Made by a program: the position numbers and the translations under genes
Shown: positions 11,512 to 22,742 of the stretch, in pieces
How positions within the stretch are numbered: the stretch's first letter is position 1
Layout of the letters: every line of letters begins with the position of its first letter
Notes under the pieces: model-generated
What the model saw: only the letters and a program-made list of their open reading frames with translations
Told to the model about the DNA's origin: nothing
Databases searched by the model: none
DNA from: Dehalococcoidia bacterium
GTDB lineage: Bacteria; Chloroflexota; Dehalococcoidia; Lucifugimonadales; QGNO01
DNA: 64,000 nt
Assembly: GCA_965261445.1 (NCBI GenBank)
Contig: CBDHCW010000011.1
Coordinates: 967-64,966 of the forward strand
Reading direction: 5' to 3'

Positions 11512-12711
11512 ATGGCTGAAGAGCCTAAAGACCTGATCTACATGGACCACGCCGCTACAACCAATATGCGGCCTGAGGTCCTGGAAGCCATGTTGCCGTA
11601 TTTCATGGAGAGCTACGGCAATCCCTCCAGCATCTACACCCTGGCCCAAGAGGCGCGCAAGGCTGTGGATGAGTCCAGGGAGGCGGTGGCGCGGATTCTG
11701 GGCTGCCGCACCAGCGAGGTGATTTTCACCAGCGGAGGCACGGAGTCCGACAACACGGCGGTCTACGGAGCGGCCATGGCTCTGCAACCCACCGGCAACC
11801 ACATCATCACAACCGGCATTGAGCACCATGCCGTGCTCCACGCCTGTCATTTCCTGGAGAACCTGGGATACAACGTGACGTATCTGCCCGTGGATAGGTA
11901 CGGTATGGTCGACCTGGAGGACCTGAACAAGGCCATCACGGACCGCACCATCCTGGTCAGCATGATGTATGCCAACAACGAGATAGGCACCGTCTTACCC
12001 GTGGCGGAGGCGGCAAAGCTGGTCAAAGAGCGTGCCGCCGCCATGGAGCGCAGCATCACGTTCCACACGGACGCCGTTCAAGCTGCGGGATACCTGGATA
12101 TAGACGTCAGGCGGCTTGGAGTGGACATGCTGAGCCTTTCCGCTCATAAGTTTCACGGGCCCAAGGGCGTGGGCATCCTCTATGCAAAACGGGGCACTCC
12201 ATTCACGCCGCAGCATGTGGGCGGCAGCCAGCAGAGGCAGCGGCGCGCCGGCACGGAGGACGTGGCCGGCATTGCTGGCAGCGCTAAGGCGCTCCGGCTG
12301 GCCATGGATGAGCAGGAGTGGCTCAGCGGGCACACCAGGCGTTTGAGGGACAGACTTATACATGGCATCCAGGAGAAGATACCCTCCGTTTTCTTGAACG
12401 GTCACCCGGAACGGCGCCTACCCAACAGTATCAACCTCTCATTTGAGCACTTGGAGGGTGAACCGTTGCTGCTGGGACTGGACTTCGCGGGGGTGGCGGC
12501 ATCGAGCGGAAGCGCCTGCACGTCGGCGTCCCTGGAACCGTCTCACGTTCTTGTCGCCATAGGGTTGACGGCGGAGCTGGCACAGTCCAGCCTGCGGCTG
12601 ACGCTGGGCCGGGAAAACACCGATGAAGACGTGGATTACGTGCTGGAAGTCCTGCCTGACCTGGTGCAAAGGTTGAGATCCATGGCATCCATATCTTCCA
12701 TAACTGCATAG
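11512..12711 (+). CDS. iscS: Cysteine desulfurase (IscS/NifS type)
   Basis: [18 protein letters not shown] (PLP Lys), SSGSAC. Confidence 0.93.
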   Translation: MAEEPKDLIYMDHAATTNMRPEVLEAMLPYFMESYGNPSSIYTLAQEARKAVDESREAVARILGCRTSEVIFTSGGTESDNTAVYGAAMALQPTGNHIITTGIEHHAVLHACHFLENLGYNVTYLPVDRYGMVDLEDLNKAITDRTILVSMMYANNEIGTVLPVAEAAKLVKERAAAMERSITFHTDAVQAAGYLDIDVRRLGVDMLSLSAHKFHGPKGVGILYAKRGTPFTPQHVGGSQQRQRRAGTEDVAGIAGSAKALRLAMDEQEWLSGHTRRLRDRLIHGIQEKIPSVFLNGHPERRLPNSINLSFEHLEGEPLLLGLDFAGVAASSGSACTSASLEPSHVLVAIGLTAELAQSSLRLTLGRENTDEDVDYVLEVLPDLVQRLRSMASISSITA

Positions 12712-12741
12712 CACTATTATCATTACCTTGAGAGACTACAG

Positions 12742-13299
12742 ATGACCAACCGAGCACTGGCCACGTCTGCACTGGTTATTCTCCTCTCCCTGCTGGCTAT
12801 GTCCGCATGCACTGCGGGGTCGAGCGCCACGGACTGGGCCTTTGGAGAGGCCCTCACCGTCAGGGTAAAGGAGATGCGCCTTGTGGATGAGGTGGCATAC
12901 TCAATAGAAGACAACCACTATGTGATCAGGCCTTCCCAAGAGGGCAGAATGATTGCGGCAGCCCACCTGGAACTGCGCAATCGGCAGGCAAACATTGTCT
13001 TCCTCTCCATAGACACGCAGTCCGCCAGGCTCAGGGACGGCGAGTTCTTTGACTACAGGCCGCTCAATCCATTCCAGGACAGGAGCGACGTGGCCGAGGC
13101 GCCGCCTTCGGATGGAAGACTGCTTCCCTTCCTCTGGGGAGACGGCATAGACGCCCCTTCCGTGGAGCTGCGTACAACCTGTGACGAGGCAGGTCGTCCC
13201 TGTGAGCTGGTGGGGTGGATGTTGTTCGAGGTCCCCAGCGACATAGAGTATTACCAGCTCATTTGGGAGACCGCCGATACAATATACATGCGGTTCTAG
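12742..13299 (+). CDS. Hypothetical lipoprotein (Ig-like, DUF4352-like)
   Basis: Lipobox MSAC; GWMLFEVP near the C-terminus. Confidence 0.6.
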   Translation: MTNRALATSALVILLSLLAMSACTAGSSATDWAFGEALTVRVKEMRLVDEVAYSIEDNHYVIRPSQEGRMIAAAHLELRNRQANIVFLSIDTQSARLRDGEFFDYRPLNPFQDRSDVAEAPPSDGRLLPFLWGDGIDAPSVELRTTCDEAGRPCELVGWMLFEVPSDIEYYQLIWETADTIYMRF

Positions 13300-13448
13300 T
13301 AGAGCGGGACACACACCATGGCACGGGTGGCAGGAGTGCGCGTACTGACACAATCATTGGACATTGAGGCGAGTGTACTAGTCTCCCAGCAAGGAATCGG
13401 CTGAAGCGGCGCAGACATCGTTACCCAATGTAGGCTTGGAGGTGGTGA

Positions 13449-13544
13449 ATGGTCACGGTAGTAGCAATCGGAGTAGCGGTCTTTCTGCTGGTGATCGTGC
13501 TGCTCATCTGGACGGTCAATACAGTAGAGAGGTCCCGATGGTAG
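13449..13544 (+). CDS. 31-aa single-TM small protein, absent from the ORF track
   Basis: SD GGAGGT upstream; MVTVVAIGVAVFLLVIVLLIWTVNTVERSRW*. Confidence 0.5.
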   Translation: MVTVVAIGVAVFLLVIVLLIWTVNTVERSRW

Positions 13545-13564
13545 TGAGGCACATTACACAGCAC

Positions 13565-13593
13565 TTGACAGTCACCATAGCTGGTGTTAACTT
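13565..13593 (+). promoter_or_regulatory. Sigma70-type promoter of the ilv-leu leader
   Basis: TTGACA-17 nt-TAACTT with extended TG. Confidence 0.65.
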
Positions 13594-13614
13594 TGCATAG
13601 TTACAGTAAGTGAA

Positions 13615-13850
13615 TACTCTGCTTTGAACGGGAGTAGTAGGAGAGGCTCGGTCACAGAGAGCCGGCGGCAGCTGAAAAGCCGGTGACAAAGAGGTCCCGA
13701 ACTCGCCCGGGAGCAGTTGGCTTGGGCCGTAGAGCTGGAGCCAACGGAGTTGCACCGTTATAGCAATAGAGAGCCCTGATGTGATGTTGGGGAAGAAGGG
13801 TGGTACCGCGGGAACCGTTTCCCGTCCCTTAGTGGGACGGGATTTTTTGT
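13615..13850 (+). promoter_or_regulatory. T-box riboswitch with Leu (CUC) specifier
   Basis: Stem I with AGAGA bulge and GCUGAAA loop; GAA-CUC specifier at 13702-13704; T-box AAGGGTGGTACCGCG at 13796-13810. Confidence 0.93.
13821..13848 (+). terminator. T-box attenuator terminator
   Basis: CCCGTCCC/GGGACGGG stem followed by a T-run. Confidence 0.88.
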
Positions 13851-13899
13851 TGTCAGTCAAAGCTGAATTTGGAAGAGCTATTACGGAGGTAGAGGAGAA

Positions 13900-15624
13900 A
13901 TGAAGCTCACGGGCGCCCAGATGGTTTGTGAGAGCCTTATACGTGAGGGTGTGGACCTGGTATTTGGGCTCCCTGGCGGCGCGATACTACCTCTCTACCA
14001 GACAATGCCGGAGTACCCGCAGATACGGCATATACTGGTGCGCCATGAACAGGGAGCAGCCATGGCGGCGGACGGGTACTTCAGGGCGTCTGGCAGGGTA
14101 GGGGTTGCCTTTGCCACCTCCGGGCCGGGCGCTACCAACCTGGTCACAGGCATTGCCTGCGCAAACATGGACTCCTCTGCAATGGTCTGCATCACGGGCC
14201 AGGTGGCCCGCGCCGCAATTGGCAAGGACGCTTTCCAAGAAGGCGATACCACGGGAGTCACACTGCCCATTACCAAGCACAACTATCTTGTGATGAAGGC
14301 GGCTGATATCCCCAGGGCTATTCATGAAGCGTTCTACATAGCAAAGACGGGCCGGCCAGGCCCTGTGCTGGTGGACATACCCAAGGACGTGTTCATAGAG
14401 AAAGCAGAATTCGAGTATCCGGAGGAGATAGACTTGCCCGGATACAAACCGACTCTGGAGGGTCATCCCACCCAGATCAAGAAAGCGGTCAAGCTGATCA
14501 AGGATGCTCAGCGGCCCGTGATACTTGCCGGACACGGCGTGATAATTTCCCACGCCTATGAGGAGCTGAGGGAGTTTGCCGAAAAGGCGGAGATCCCCGT
14601 CATAACCACACTGCTCGGCCTGAGCTGCTTCCCGGAGACACACGTGCTCAGCGTGGGGATGCCCGGTATGCACGGTGTGGCCTACGCAAGCCTGGCCATC
14701 GACAGGTCGGACCTGGTGATTTCACTGGGGGCGCGGTTTGACGACCGTGTTACGGGTCGTGTCAGCGCTTTCGCACCCAGGGCCAAGGTGATCCACGTGG
14801 ACATAGACCCGGCGGTTATTGGGCAGAACGTGAAGACGCACGTTCCCATTGTGGGAGACCTGCGTCGCGTGCTCAGGACACTCAACAAGCAGATAGAGCC
14901 GGCAACCCGCACAGAGTGGCTGGACGAGATCGAGCAGCTGCGGAGAGAGCATCCGTCCCTGCGGATGCCCAACAACCCCAAGCTGACCCAGCAGTTCATC
15001 CTGAAGCAGCTTTCCGATATCACACAGGGCAGGGCGATTATAGTTACCGGAGTGGGGCAGCATCAGATGTGGGCAGCTCAGCTATACACGTTCACGGAAC
15101 CCAATACCATGATCACATCGGGCGGCGCCGGAGCCATGGGGTTCGAGGTGCCTGCCGCCATGGGTGCTCAGCTTGCCAGGCCCGGCGAGGTGGTCTGGTC
15201 GATAGCGGGTGACGGCGGCTTCCAGATGACGATGTCGGAGCTGGCGACCATGGTGGAGAACAAAATACCGGTGAAGTTCGCCATAATGAACAACCGGTTC
15301 CTGGGTATGGTAAGGCAGTGGCAGCATATGTTCTACAACGATACTTTTTACGCCACCGAATACACGGGGAACCCGGATTTTGTGAAGCTGGCCGAGGCGT
15401 TCGGGGTGCTGGGCATTAGAGTAACCGAGAACTACCAGGTGGCGGGCGCCATTGAACAGGCGATGTCGCATGAGGGCCCAGTGATCGTGGACTTTGTGGT
15501 GGACCCGGAGGAGAACGTCTATCCAATGATCCCGCCCGGGGAGAGCATCAACGAGCTTATAGAGGCGCCGGACCAGTTTGCGGCTGTGCTGGAGGCAAAT
15601 CCGGACATGATGCCGCCGTCCTAG
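13900..15624 (+). CDS. ilvB: Acetolactate synthase large subunit
   Basis: RHEQGA, TSGPGATN, GDGGFQM...NN ThDP motif. Confidence 0.96.
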   Translation: MKLTGAQMVCESLIREGVDLVFGLPGGAILPLYQTMPEYPQIRHILVRHEQGAAMAADGYFRASGRVGVAFATSGPGATNLVTGIACANMDSSAMVCITGQVARAAIGKDAFQEGDTTGVTLPITKHNYLVMKAADIPRAIHEAFYIAKTGRPGPVLVDIPKDVFIEKAEFEYPEEIDLPGYKPTLEGHPTQIKKAVKLIKDAQRPVILAGHGVIISHAYEELREFAEKAEIPVITTLLGLSCFPETHVLSVGMPGMHGVAYASLAIDRSDLVISLGARFDDRVTGRVSAFAPRAKVIHVDIDPAVIGQNVKTHVPIVGDLRRVLRTLNKQIEPATRTEWLDEIEQLRREHPSLRMPNNPKLTQQFILKQLSDITQGRAIIVTGVGQHQMWAAQLYTFTEPNTMITSGGAGAMGFEVPAAMGAQLARPGEVVWSIAGDGGFQMTMSELATMVENKIPVKFAIMNNRFLGMVRQWQHMFYNDTFYATEYTGNPDFVKLAEAFGVLGIRVTENYQVAGAIEQAMSHEGPVIVDFVVDPEENVYPMIPPGESINELIEAPDQFAAVLEANPDMMPPS

Positions 15625-15644
15625 TAGTTGGTATAGTTGAGAAC

Positions 15645-16199
15645 ATGATTACAGCGGCAAAGAACTCTCACACACTTGTGGCTCTAGTTCAAGACAAGCC
15701 GGGTGTATTGAACCGCATAGCCAGTATGTTCAGGCGGCGCGGCTACAATATCTACAGCCTTGCCGTAGGTCACAGCGAGATACCCAACCTTTCTCGCATG
15801 ACTTTTGTTGTGGAAGGCGACGACACCACGGTTGAGCAGGTCACCAAGCAGCTCTACAAACTGATTGACGTTGTGCGGGTTACCGAACTGTCGGACATGG
15901 ACTGCGTGTCCCGTGAGATGGCACTGATCAAAGTGCGCTCCACGGCACAGACCCGCAGCGAGATCATCCAAATGGTCGATATTTTCAGGGCGAACATTGT
16001 GGACGTTTCCGCCGAGTCCATGATCATTGAAGTAACCGGAGACGAGGACAAGATAGATTCGCTGTATACGCTGCTCAAACCGTTTGGCATAAGAGAGCTG
16101 ATGCGGACGGGCCGGGTGGCTATGAACCGCGGGCCGGCTACGTCGCACGGCCTGGAGAACGGGAGAGGGAAGAGCAAAAACCTGAGCATTTCAGAGTAA
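15645..16199 (+). CDS. ilvN: Acetolactate synthase small subunit
   Basis: ACT domain DKPGVLNRIASMFRRRGYNI. Confidence 0.95.
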   Translation: MITAAKNSHTLVALVQDKPGVLNRIASMFRRRGYNIYSLAVGHSEIPNLSRMTFVVEGDDTTVEQVTKQLYKLIDVVRVTELSDMDCVSREMALIKVRSTAQTRSEIIQMVDIFRANIVDVSAESMIIEVTGDEDKIDSLYTLLKPFGIRELMRTGRVAMNRGPATSHGLENGRGKSKNLSISE

Positions 16200-16226
16200 G
16201 CCCAAGCGAAACTGAAGGAGCAAGGC

Positions 16227-17225
16227 ATGGCAACGGTCTACTATAAGAATGACGCCGATCTTTCACTGATCCAAGACAAGACAATTGGAATCATTGGATA
16301 TGGCAGCCAGGGGCATGCGCATGCTCTGAACCTGAAGGACAGCGGACTGAACGTCATTGTAGGCCTCTACGAGGGAAGCGGGAGCTGGCCCAAGGCGGAA
16401 GAGGACGGCTTCAGTGTTGCCGTCGCTTCCCAAGCCGCCAAAGAGTCGGACATTATAGTCATGCTGCTCCCCGACACCTCGCAGGGCGAGGTCTACAAGC
16501 GTGACATAGAACCAAACCTCAGCGCCGGAAAGAGCATTGCTTTTGCTCACGGTTTTTCCATCCACTACGAGACGGTAGTCCCGCCCAGCAACGTGGATGT
16601 CTGGATGATAGCTCCCAAAGCTCCGGGACATAGGATGCGCGAAGTATACAGGCAGGGGAACGGGGTGCCTTCCCTGGTGGCGGTGCACCAGGACGCCACG
16701 GGCAAAGCCAAAGAGACGGCGCTGGCTTATGCCTGGGGGGTAGGCTCGCTCAGAGCGGGCGTACTGGAGACCACGTTCAAAGAGGAGACGGAGACCGACC
16801 TCTTTGGCGAACAAACCGTGCTGTGCGGCGGCGTTACTTCTCTGATCAAGGCGGCGTTTGAGACCATGGTAGAGGCCGGCTATCAACCGGAGTCGGCTTA
16901 TTTTGAGGTGATGCACGAACTGAAGCTGATAGTTGACCTGCTGTATCAGGGCGGTATGGAGTACATGCGTTATTCGGTCAGCGATACGGCAGAGTACGGC
17001 GACTACACCCGTGGGCCCCGGATCATAGACGAAGATGTCAAGAGGAAGATGCAAAAGGTGCTGGGTGAAATACAAGACGGTTCCTTTGCCAGGGAGTGGA
17101 TTGCTGAAAACGACGAGGGACGTCCCAGATTCAAGCTTCTACGTGAGGAGAACTCTGGCCACCCCATAGAGAAGGTTGGCAAGGAGCTGAGGGGTATGAT
17201 GCCCTGGCTCAAGAGCACTACGTGA
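16227..17225 (+). CDS. ilvC: Ketol-acid reductoisomerase
   Basis: [23 protein letters not shown]. Confidence 0.97.
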   Translation: MATVYYKNDADLSLIQDKTIGIIGYGSQGHAHALNLKDSGLNVIVGLYEGSGSWPKAEEDGFSVAVASQAAKESDIIVMLLPDTSQGEVYKRDIEPNLSAGKSIAFAHGFSIHYETVVPPSNVDVWMIAPKAPGHRMREVYRQGNGVPSLVAVHQDATGKAKETALAYAWGVGSLRAGVLETTFKEETETDLFGEQTVLCGGVTSLIKAAFETMVEAGYQPESAYFEVMHELKLIVDLLYQGGMEYMRYSVSDTAEYGDYTRGPRIIDEDVKRKMQKVLGEIQDGSFAREWIAENDEGRPRFKLLREENSGHPIEKVGKELRGMMPWLKSTT

Positions 17226-17398
17226 TGATTGCCAAGCCATCATATACAGATGCGTTGGAGGTATGGCGCGTGGTCCGTTGCGAAGGCCGGGTCTTAGCAA
17301 GGCTGGGTCTAACTGACCGCGTTGTCCTGTGACCCCTTAGCTTCCCTCCGATATGCCCGCCGGGCACTATCCCAAATTGTTACTAGGAGCACCAGACA

Positions 17399-18950
17399 AT
17401 GGTAGAGGACAAGGTATATATATTCGACACCACGCTGCGCGATGGCGAACAGTCTGCCGGCGCGGCAATGACCGTAGATGAAAAGCTGGAGGTAGCAAGG
17501 CGGCTGGAAGCAATGGGCGTGGACATAATAGAAGCGGGGTTCCCTGTAAGCTCCCCCGGTGATTTTGAAGCGGTGAGGGCCGTTGCCAAACAGGTACGCA
17601 AGCCCATCATCTGTGCCTTGGCACATGCCAACCCTACCGCCGTGGATAGAGCGTCTGAAGCTTTGCAGGAAGCCAGGCATCCCCGCATCCACGTTTTTCT
17701 CTCCAGCTCTGACATCCACATAATGCATCAGCTTCGCAAAGGCCGGGAAGAGGTCATGGATATGGCAGTGTCCAACGTGGAAACGCGCCAAGAGCTACGT
17801 TGAGGACGTAGAGTTTTCGCCCATGGACGCCACGCGGACGGAACCGGAATACCTCTATACAATGCTGGAAGCCTGCATCAATGCCGGCGCCACTACAATC
17901 AACATCCCGGATACCGTGGGCTACACAACACCCGCCGAGTTTACCGAGCTGCTGGAGGGCATCAAGAAAAACGTGCCCAACATAGGCAAAGTGAGGCTAA
18001 GCGTCCACTGCCACAATGACTTGGGGATGGCCGTGGCCAATAGCCTTGCCGCCGTAAAAGCCGGGGTGCGGCAGATAGAGGGATGCATCAACGGTATCGG
18101 CGAAAGGGCAGGCAACGCGGCTCTGGAAGAAGTGATTATGGCTCTGCACACTAGGGCGGACCACTACAATGTCAGGTTGGACATAGATACAACCCAGATC
18201 CACCGTATCAGCAAGATGGTAAGCGATATCACAGGCTTCTCGGTGCAGCCCAACAAGGCTGTGGTGGGGAGAAACGCCTTCAGACACGCCTCAGGCATCC
18301 ATCAGGACGGGTTTCTGAAGGAGCGCACCACCTACGAGATAATGGACCCGCTGAGCATAGGCTGGCCTAGCAGCGAAGTGGTGCTGGGTAAGCTAAGCGG
18401 ACGGCATGGACTGAAGTCCAGGCTCGACGAGTTGGGATATCAACCTACCGACGCTGAGCTAGGCCGTATATTCGAGAGCTTCAAGGAGCTGGCCGACAAA
18501 AAGCGCGAAGTAACCGATAGAGACCTGGAGTCGCTGATGGCCAACCAGCGCCGCAGCTTCGATGACATATACAAGCTTGACCATATACAGGTCTCGTGCG
18601 GCAATCACGAAATACCAACGGCTACCGTACGGTTGATTGCGCCGGATGGTCAAATCAAAACCGACGCCGCTACCGGCACGGGGCCGGTCGACGCCGTGTA
18701 CCAGGCTATTAACCGGGTCATAAAAGTGCCCAACACACTGACCGAATTCAGCGTACAAGCGGTTACGGAAGGCATAGACGCCGTCGGCGAAGTGAGCATT
18801 CGCATTGAGAGCGGAGATCAAGCGTTTGTTGGACGCGGCGCCGACACCGACATCATAGTAGCCAGCGCAAGGGCATACATGAACGCCCTGAATCGCCTGC
18901 TCAACATGGGAGACGTGGAAAAACCGGCCGAAGCAGTAAGCTTTACCTAG
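17399..18950 (+). CDS. leuA: 2-isopropylmalate synthase, split by an apparent +1 frameshift near 17780
   Basis: [20 protein letters not shown]; deleting one G at 17779-17780 gives [18 protein letters not shown] and joins the two ORFs. Confidence 0.92.
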
Positions 18951-18997
18951 TTGACAAAAGACACGGCGTGGCTTTCAATCCTTCTGATAAGTAAGGA

Positions 18998-19483
18998 ATG
19001 GAAGGAGACCGACCATTGGCTGTTGTAACCATCACTAGCAAAAACCAAATAACGCTGCCCATAGAAATAGCCAGACAGCTGAACGTTAAAGCCGGAGACA
19101 AACTGGTGGTGGAGCTAGTTCAAGACCATGTTGTTCTCATGCCGCAACCTGGAAGCTGGGCTGACTACGTGGTTGGCAGTGTCAAGGGAGTTTACGGAAC
19201 TCGCAAAGAAGATATTGACAGCTATATCAACGAAGTCCGCTACGGTGATGGAGGTGAGGCCGGTGAGGAGCTGTTGGGCGCACTCAACCTGGATGAGGAG
19301 CTTCGCGCTGTGTATGAGGCCGTTTCCTCTAGAGATATGTCCAGCTTGAGCCAAATCAGAGAAAGTTCCGGCGTATATCTTGCCCAGCAGAAGCTGGAGA
19401 AGCTGGAGGGACTGAGAGCAATTGAAAAGTGGGAGAATCCAGCTCACAAATCTGAAACTTACTATCGCAGAGCCGGTAGATGA
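18998..19483 (+). CDS. AbrB/MazE-type antitoxin with C-terminal extension
   Basis: VTITSKNQITLP...LNVKAGDKL; start may be TTG at 19016. Confidence 0.8.
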   Translation: MEGDRPLAVVTITSKNQITLPIEIARQLNVKAGDKLVVELVQDHVVLMPQPGSWADYVVGSVKGVYGTRKEDIDSYINEVRYGDGGEAGEELLGALNLDEELRAVYEAVSSRDMSSLSQIRESSGVYLAQQKLEKLEGLRAIEKWENPAHKSETYYRRAGR

Positions 19484-19951
19484 GGAGGAGTCTTCTCATT
19501 GGCCCCTGGCTGGAGCAATTGAAACGATACCGCAGCGTTGCTCTGGACACCAACCTGATAATCTATGCGCTGGAAGGCGTTGAGCCCTATGATGAGATGG
19601 CACTGCACCTGTTCAGATTGATGGAGCGGGGGATACTTCAAAGGAGTTGCATCCACTATTGTCGAGGCTGAGACCCTGGTCAAGCCCATACGCAACCGTG
19701 ACCGGCTTGCCATAGACAAGATAGAGCTCTTCTTTAGAAACCTGCCCAACTTGCTAGTGAAACCCGTGGACAGCGGGCTGGCCAGAACAGCGGCTAGAGT
19801 TAGGGCCGACAACAGACTGACGCTGTTTGATGCGGTTATAGTGGCCACTGCCCTGGAACAGGGGTGCGACGCTATAATAGGAAACGACCGCCTCATGGGA
19901 CAAAGGGTCACTGGGATACCCTACGTTTACCTTGAGAACTACCTTATCTGA
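19480..19951 (+). CDS. vapC: PIN-domain (VapC) toxin with apparent +1 frameshift near 19641
   Basis: [10 protein letters not shown]; deleting one A gives [15 protein letters not shown]...[10 protein letters not shown]...GND. Confidence 0.82.
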
Positions 19952-19961
19952 GAGGGAAGAG

Positions 19962-21368
19962 ATGCCCAATACCATGTTCGAGAAGATCTGGAGTGAGCAC
20001 ATAGTGCACGAGGAGCCGGATAAGCCGGCTATCCTCTACATAGACTTACACCTTGTGCATGAAGTCACCTCACCACAGGCGTTCGACGGGCTCCGCATGA
20101 ACAACCTGAAAGTCCGGCGAACGGACCTGACGGTTGCAACCGTGGACCACAACGTGCCCACAACAGACCGCGCACTGCCTGTTGCCGACCTGATTTCCCG
20201 CGCTCAGATAGATGCTTTGAACCGGAACGTAGAGGAGTTTGACATAACCTACTACGGTATGGACAGCCCCGGCCAGGGGATTGTCCACGTCATAGGGCCT
20301 GAGATGGGCTATACCCAGCCTGGCAAGACAATCGTCTGCGGCGACAGCCATACGTCGACACATGGCGCATTTGGCGCACTGGCCTTCGGCATAGGCACCT
20401 CTGAGGTGGAACACGTGCTGGCGACACAGACCCTGCGCCAGGCGAAGCCCAAGACCATGGAGATTCGAGTCGATGGGAAGCTGTCTTATGGCGTTACCGC
20501 CAAGGACATCATCCTGGCTATCATCGGCAAGATAGGTGTCGGGGGGGCCACCGGCCACGTGGTGGAGTATACCGGTGAAGCCATCCGCAGCCTCTCCATG
20601 GAGGGCCGCATGACGGTGTGCAATATGTCTATTGAGGCAGGAGCAAGGGCGGGTATGGTGGCCCCGGACGGAAAGACCATTGAATACCTCAGGGGAAGGT
20701 CCAGAGTCCCCCAAGGGAACGCTTTTGAAGCCACCGCCGAGAAGTGGCTCTCGCTTAAAACGGACGCGGCCGCCGCCTACGACACCACGGTTGAGCTGGA
20801 CGCGTCTACTCTGTCGCCCTTTGTCACCTGGGGGACCAACCCCGGCATGGTGGTGCCGGTGGTGGAGCGCGTGCCTGATCCGGGTTCGTTCCAATCCGCG
20901 GTGGAGCGTGAGGCGGCGGAGCGCGCCTTGAAGTACATGGACCTGGAACCCGGCAGACCAATGCAGGAGATACTCCTTGACCGTGTCTTCATAGGCTCCT
21001 GCACCAACTCACGCATAGAAGACCTGCGCGCCGCCTCAGAGGTGGTCGGCGGGCACAGGGTGAACGACAAGATTAGGGCAATGGTGGTGCCAGGCTCCAC
21101 GGCAGTGAAAGCCGAGGCGGAAGCGGAGGGTTTGGATAGGATATTCATGGACGCGGGGTTCGAGTGGCGTGAGTCGGGGTGCTCCATGTGCCTGGGTATG
21201 AACCCGGACATCCTGGGCCCCGGTGAACGGTGCGCTTCCACGTCCAACCGCAACTTTGAGGGAAGACAGGGACCGGGCGGACGCACGCACTTGATGAGCC
21301 CGCAGATGGCCGCCGCAGCCGCCATTGCCGGGCATATTGTGGATATCAGGGAGTGGAACTTCAGCTAG
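19962..21368 (+). CDS. leuC: 3-isopropylmalate dehydratase large subunit
   Basis: [29 protein letters not shown]. Confidence 0.97.
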   Translation: MPNTMFEKIWSEHIVHEEPDKPAILYIDLHLVHEVTSPQAFDGLRMNNLKVRRTDLTVATVDHNVPTTDRALPVADLISRAQIDALNRNVEEFDITYYGMDSPGQGIVHVIGPEMGYTQPGKTIVCGDSHTSTHGAFGALAFGIGTSEVEHVLATQTLRQAKPKTMEIRVDGKLSYGVTAKDIILAIIGKIGVGGATGHVVEYTGEAIRSLSMEGRMTVCNMSIEAGARAGMVAPDGKTIEYLRGRSRVPQGNAFEATAEKWLSLKTDAAAAYDTTVELDASTLSPFVTWGTNPGMVVPVVERVPDPGSFQSAVEREAAERALKYMDLEPGRPMQEILLDRVFIGSCTNSRIEDLRAASEVVGGHRVNDKIRAMVVPGSTAVKAEAEAEGLDRIFMDAGFEWRESGCSMCLGMNPDILGPGERCASTSNRNFEGRQGPGGRTHLMSPQMAAAAAIAGHIVDIREWNFS

Positions 21369-21378
21369 GAGAAAAACT

Positions 21379-21972
21379 GTGGAACCGTATGTAAGAGTGA
21401 CCGGGAGAGCCGTTCCTTTGGATAGGGCCAACGTAGATACTGACCAGATAATTCCCGCCAAGTACTTGAAGCGCATTGAGCGCACGGGATTCGGGGAGTT
21501 CCTCTTCGACTCGTGGCGAAAGCTGCCAGACGGGAAAGCCAACCCCGACTTTGTTCTCAACGATCCTAAATACAAAGGCGCCACGATCCTCATCACCGGG
21601 CCGAACTTCGGCAGTGGCTCCTCCAGGGAGCATGCTCCCTGGGCGCTGGAGGACTACGGGTTTCGCACCATCGTCGGTTACGGCTTCGCCGACATCTTTC
21701 GCAACAACTGCTATCAGAACGGTATGCTGCCCGTGCAGCTTGCACCAGAAGACGTCGATCACTTCATGGGCAAGGCCAAGGAAGGCGCGGACTATGAGAT
21801 CACCGTCGACCTCGAGCGCTGCCTGGTTACGGGGTCGGATGAATACACGGCGGAGTTCCAGGTGGACCCGTTTCGTCGCGACTGTTTGCTGAGGGGCCTG
21901 GACGATATAGGTCTAACCCTGGAGCACGAAGCCGCTATCTCTGAGTACGAGCAGGCACACGCTACAACGTAG
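21379..21972 (+). CDS. leuD: 3-isopropylmalate dehydratase small subunit
   Basis: NVDTDQIIP, NFGSGSSREHA; GTG start after an SD. Confidence 0.95.
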   Translation: MEPYVRVTGRAVPLDRANVDTDQIIPAKYLKRIERTGFGEFLFDSWRKLPDGKANPDFVLNDPKYKGATILITGPNFGSGSSREHAPWALEDYGFRTIVGYGFADIFRNNCYQNGMLPVQLAPEDVDHFMGKAKEGADYEITVDLERCLVTGSDEYTAEFQVDPFRRDCLLRGLDDIGLTLEHEAAISEYEQAHATT

Positions 21973-22004
21973 TCATCCGGCTTGGTTGACTTCCCTGTTG
22001 GATA

Positions 22005-22742
22005 GTGCTAGGAATACGTGCATCTGTTCAAGGGGTGCTCCAGCAGATGAGTGTCAAAGGTCTCACTCAGCAATGGGATATATCTTCAGGTCTTGTCCTC
22101 ACTGACCCTGAGTCCAAGGAGTTGCTGCATGAGGCGGGAATACCGGTAGCTGAAACCAAGACGGTAACGTCCGCCGATGAAGCCGTCTCCGCCGCCAAGG
22201 CTTCCGATTTCCCCATCCTGCTTAGGCCCGTATCCAGGCAGCGACTCCTGCTTGATGGTGGAGCAGTTATATCGTTGTCGTCTGAAGCGGACCTGCGCAA
22301 CGCCTTCCCCACGCTCCTTGCTCAGGCAAAATCCTGGGACGCCAGTGTGGAGGCGCTCTCTGTAAGCAAGGCGCCGCCTTCCGGCGTAGAGGTGATAGTC
22401 CGCCTGCACCAAGACCCGCTGTTCGGACCCGTCCTCTCGTTCGGCTATGGAAAGATGGCCGTAGAGGTGTGGGAAGACGTTGCATACCGCATTGTGCCCC
22501 TCACCAGTAAGGACGCCAAGCTTATGATACGCGAGCCAAAAGGAAGCCGGCTTCTACAGGGATACGGAGCGTTGCCCGCGCCGAGGGTTTCCCTTCTGGA
22601 AGGGATGCTTCTAAAAGTCTCCGACCTTGTCCATGAGAACCCTGAGATAGAGAGCTTGGAGCTGTTCCCCGTCTACGCTTATAGAGAACAGGTACTGGTT
22701 GCAGAAGCAAGGATAGGGTTGAAGGAAAGAGAAGAGGCCTGA
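22005..22742 (+). CDS. ADP-forming acyl-CoA synthetase beta (ATP-grasp) subunit, divergent
   Basis: DPLFGPVLSFG, EDVAYRIVPLT; start uncertain. Confidence 0.75.
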   Translation: MLGIRASVQGVLQQMSVKGLTQQWDISSGLVLTDPESKELLHEAGIPVAETKTVTSADEAVSAAKASDFPILLRPVSRQRLLLDGGAVISLSSEADLRNAFPTLLAQAKSWDASVEALSVSKAPPSGVEVIVRLHQDPLFGPVLSFGYGKMAVEVWEDVAYRIVPLTSKDAKLMIREPKGSRLLQGYGALPAPRVSLLEGMLLKVSDLVHENPEIESLELFPVYAYREQVLVAEARIGLKEREEA

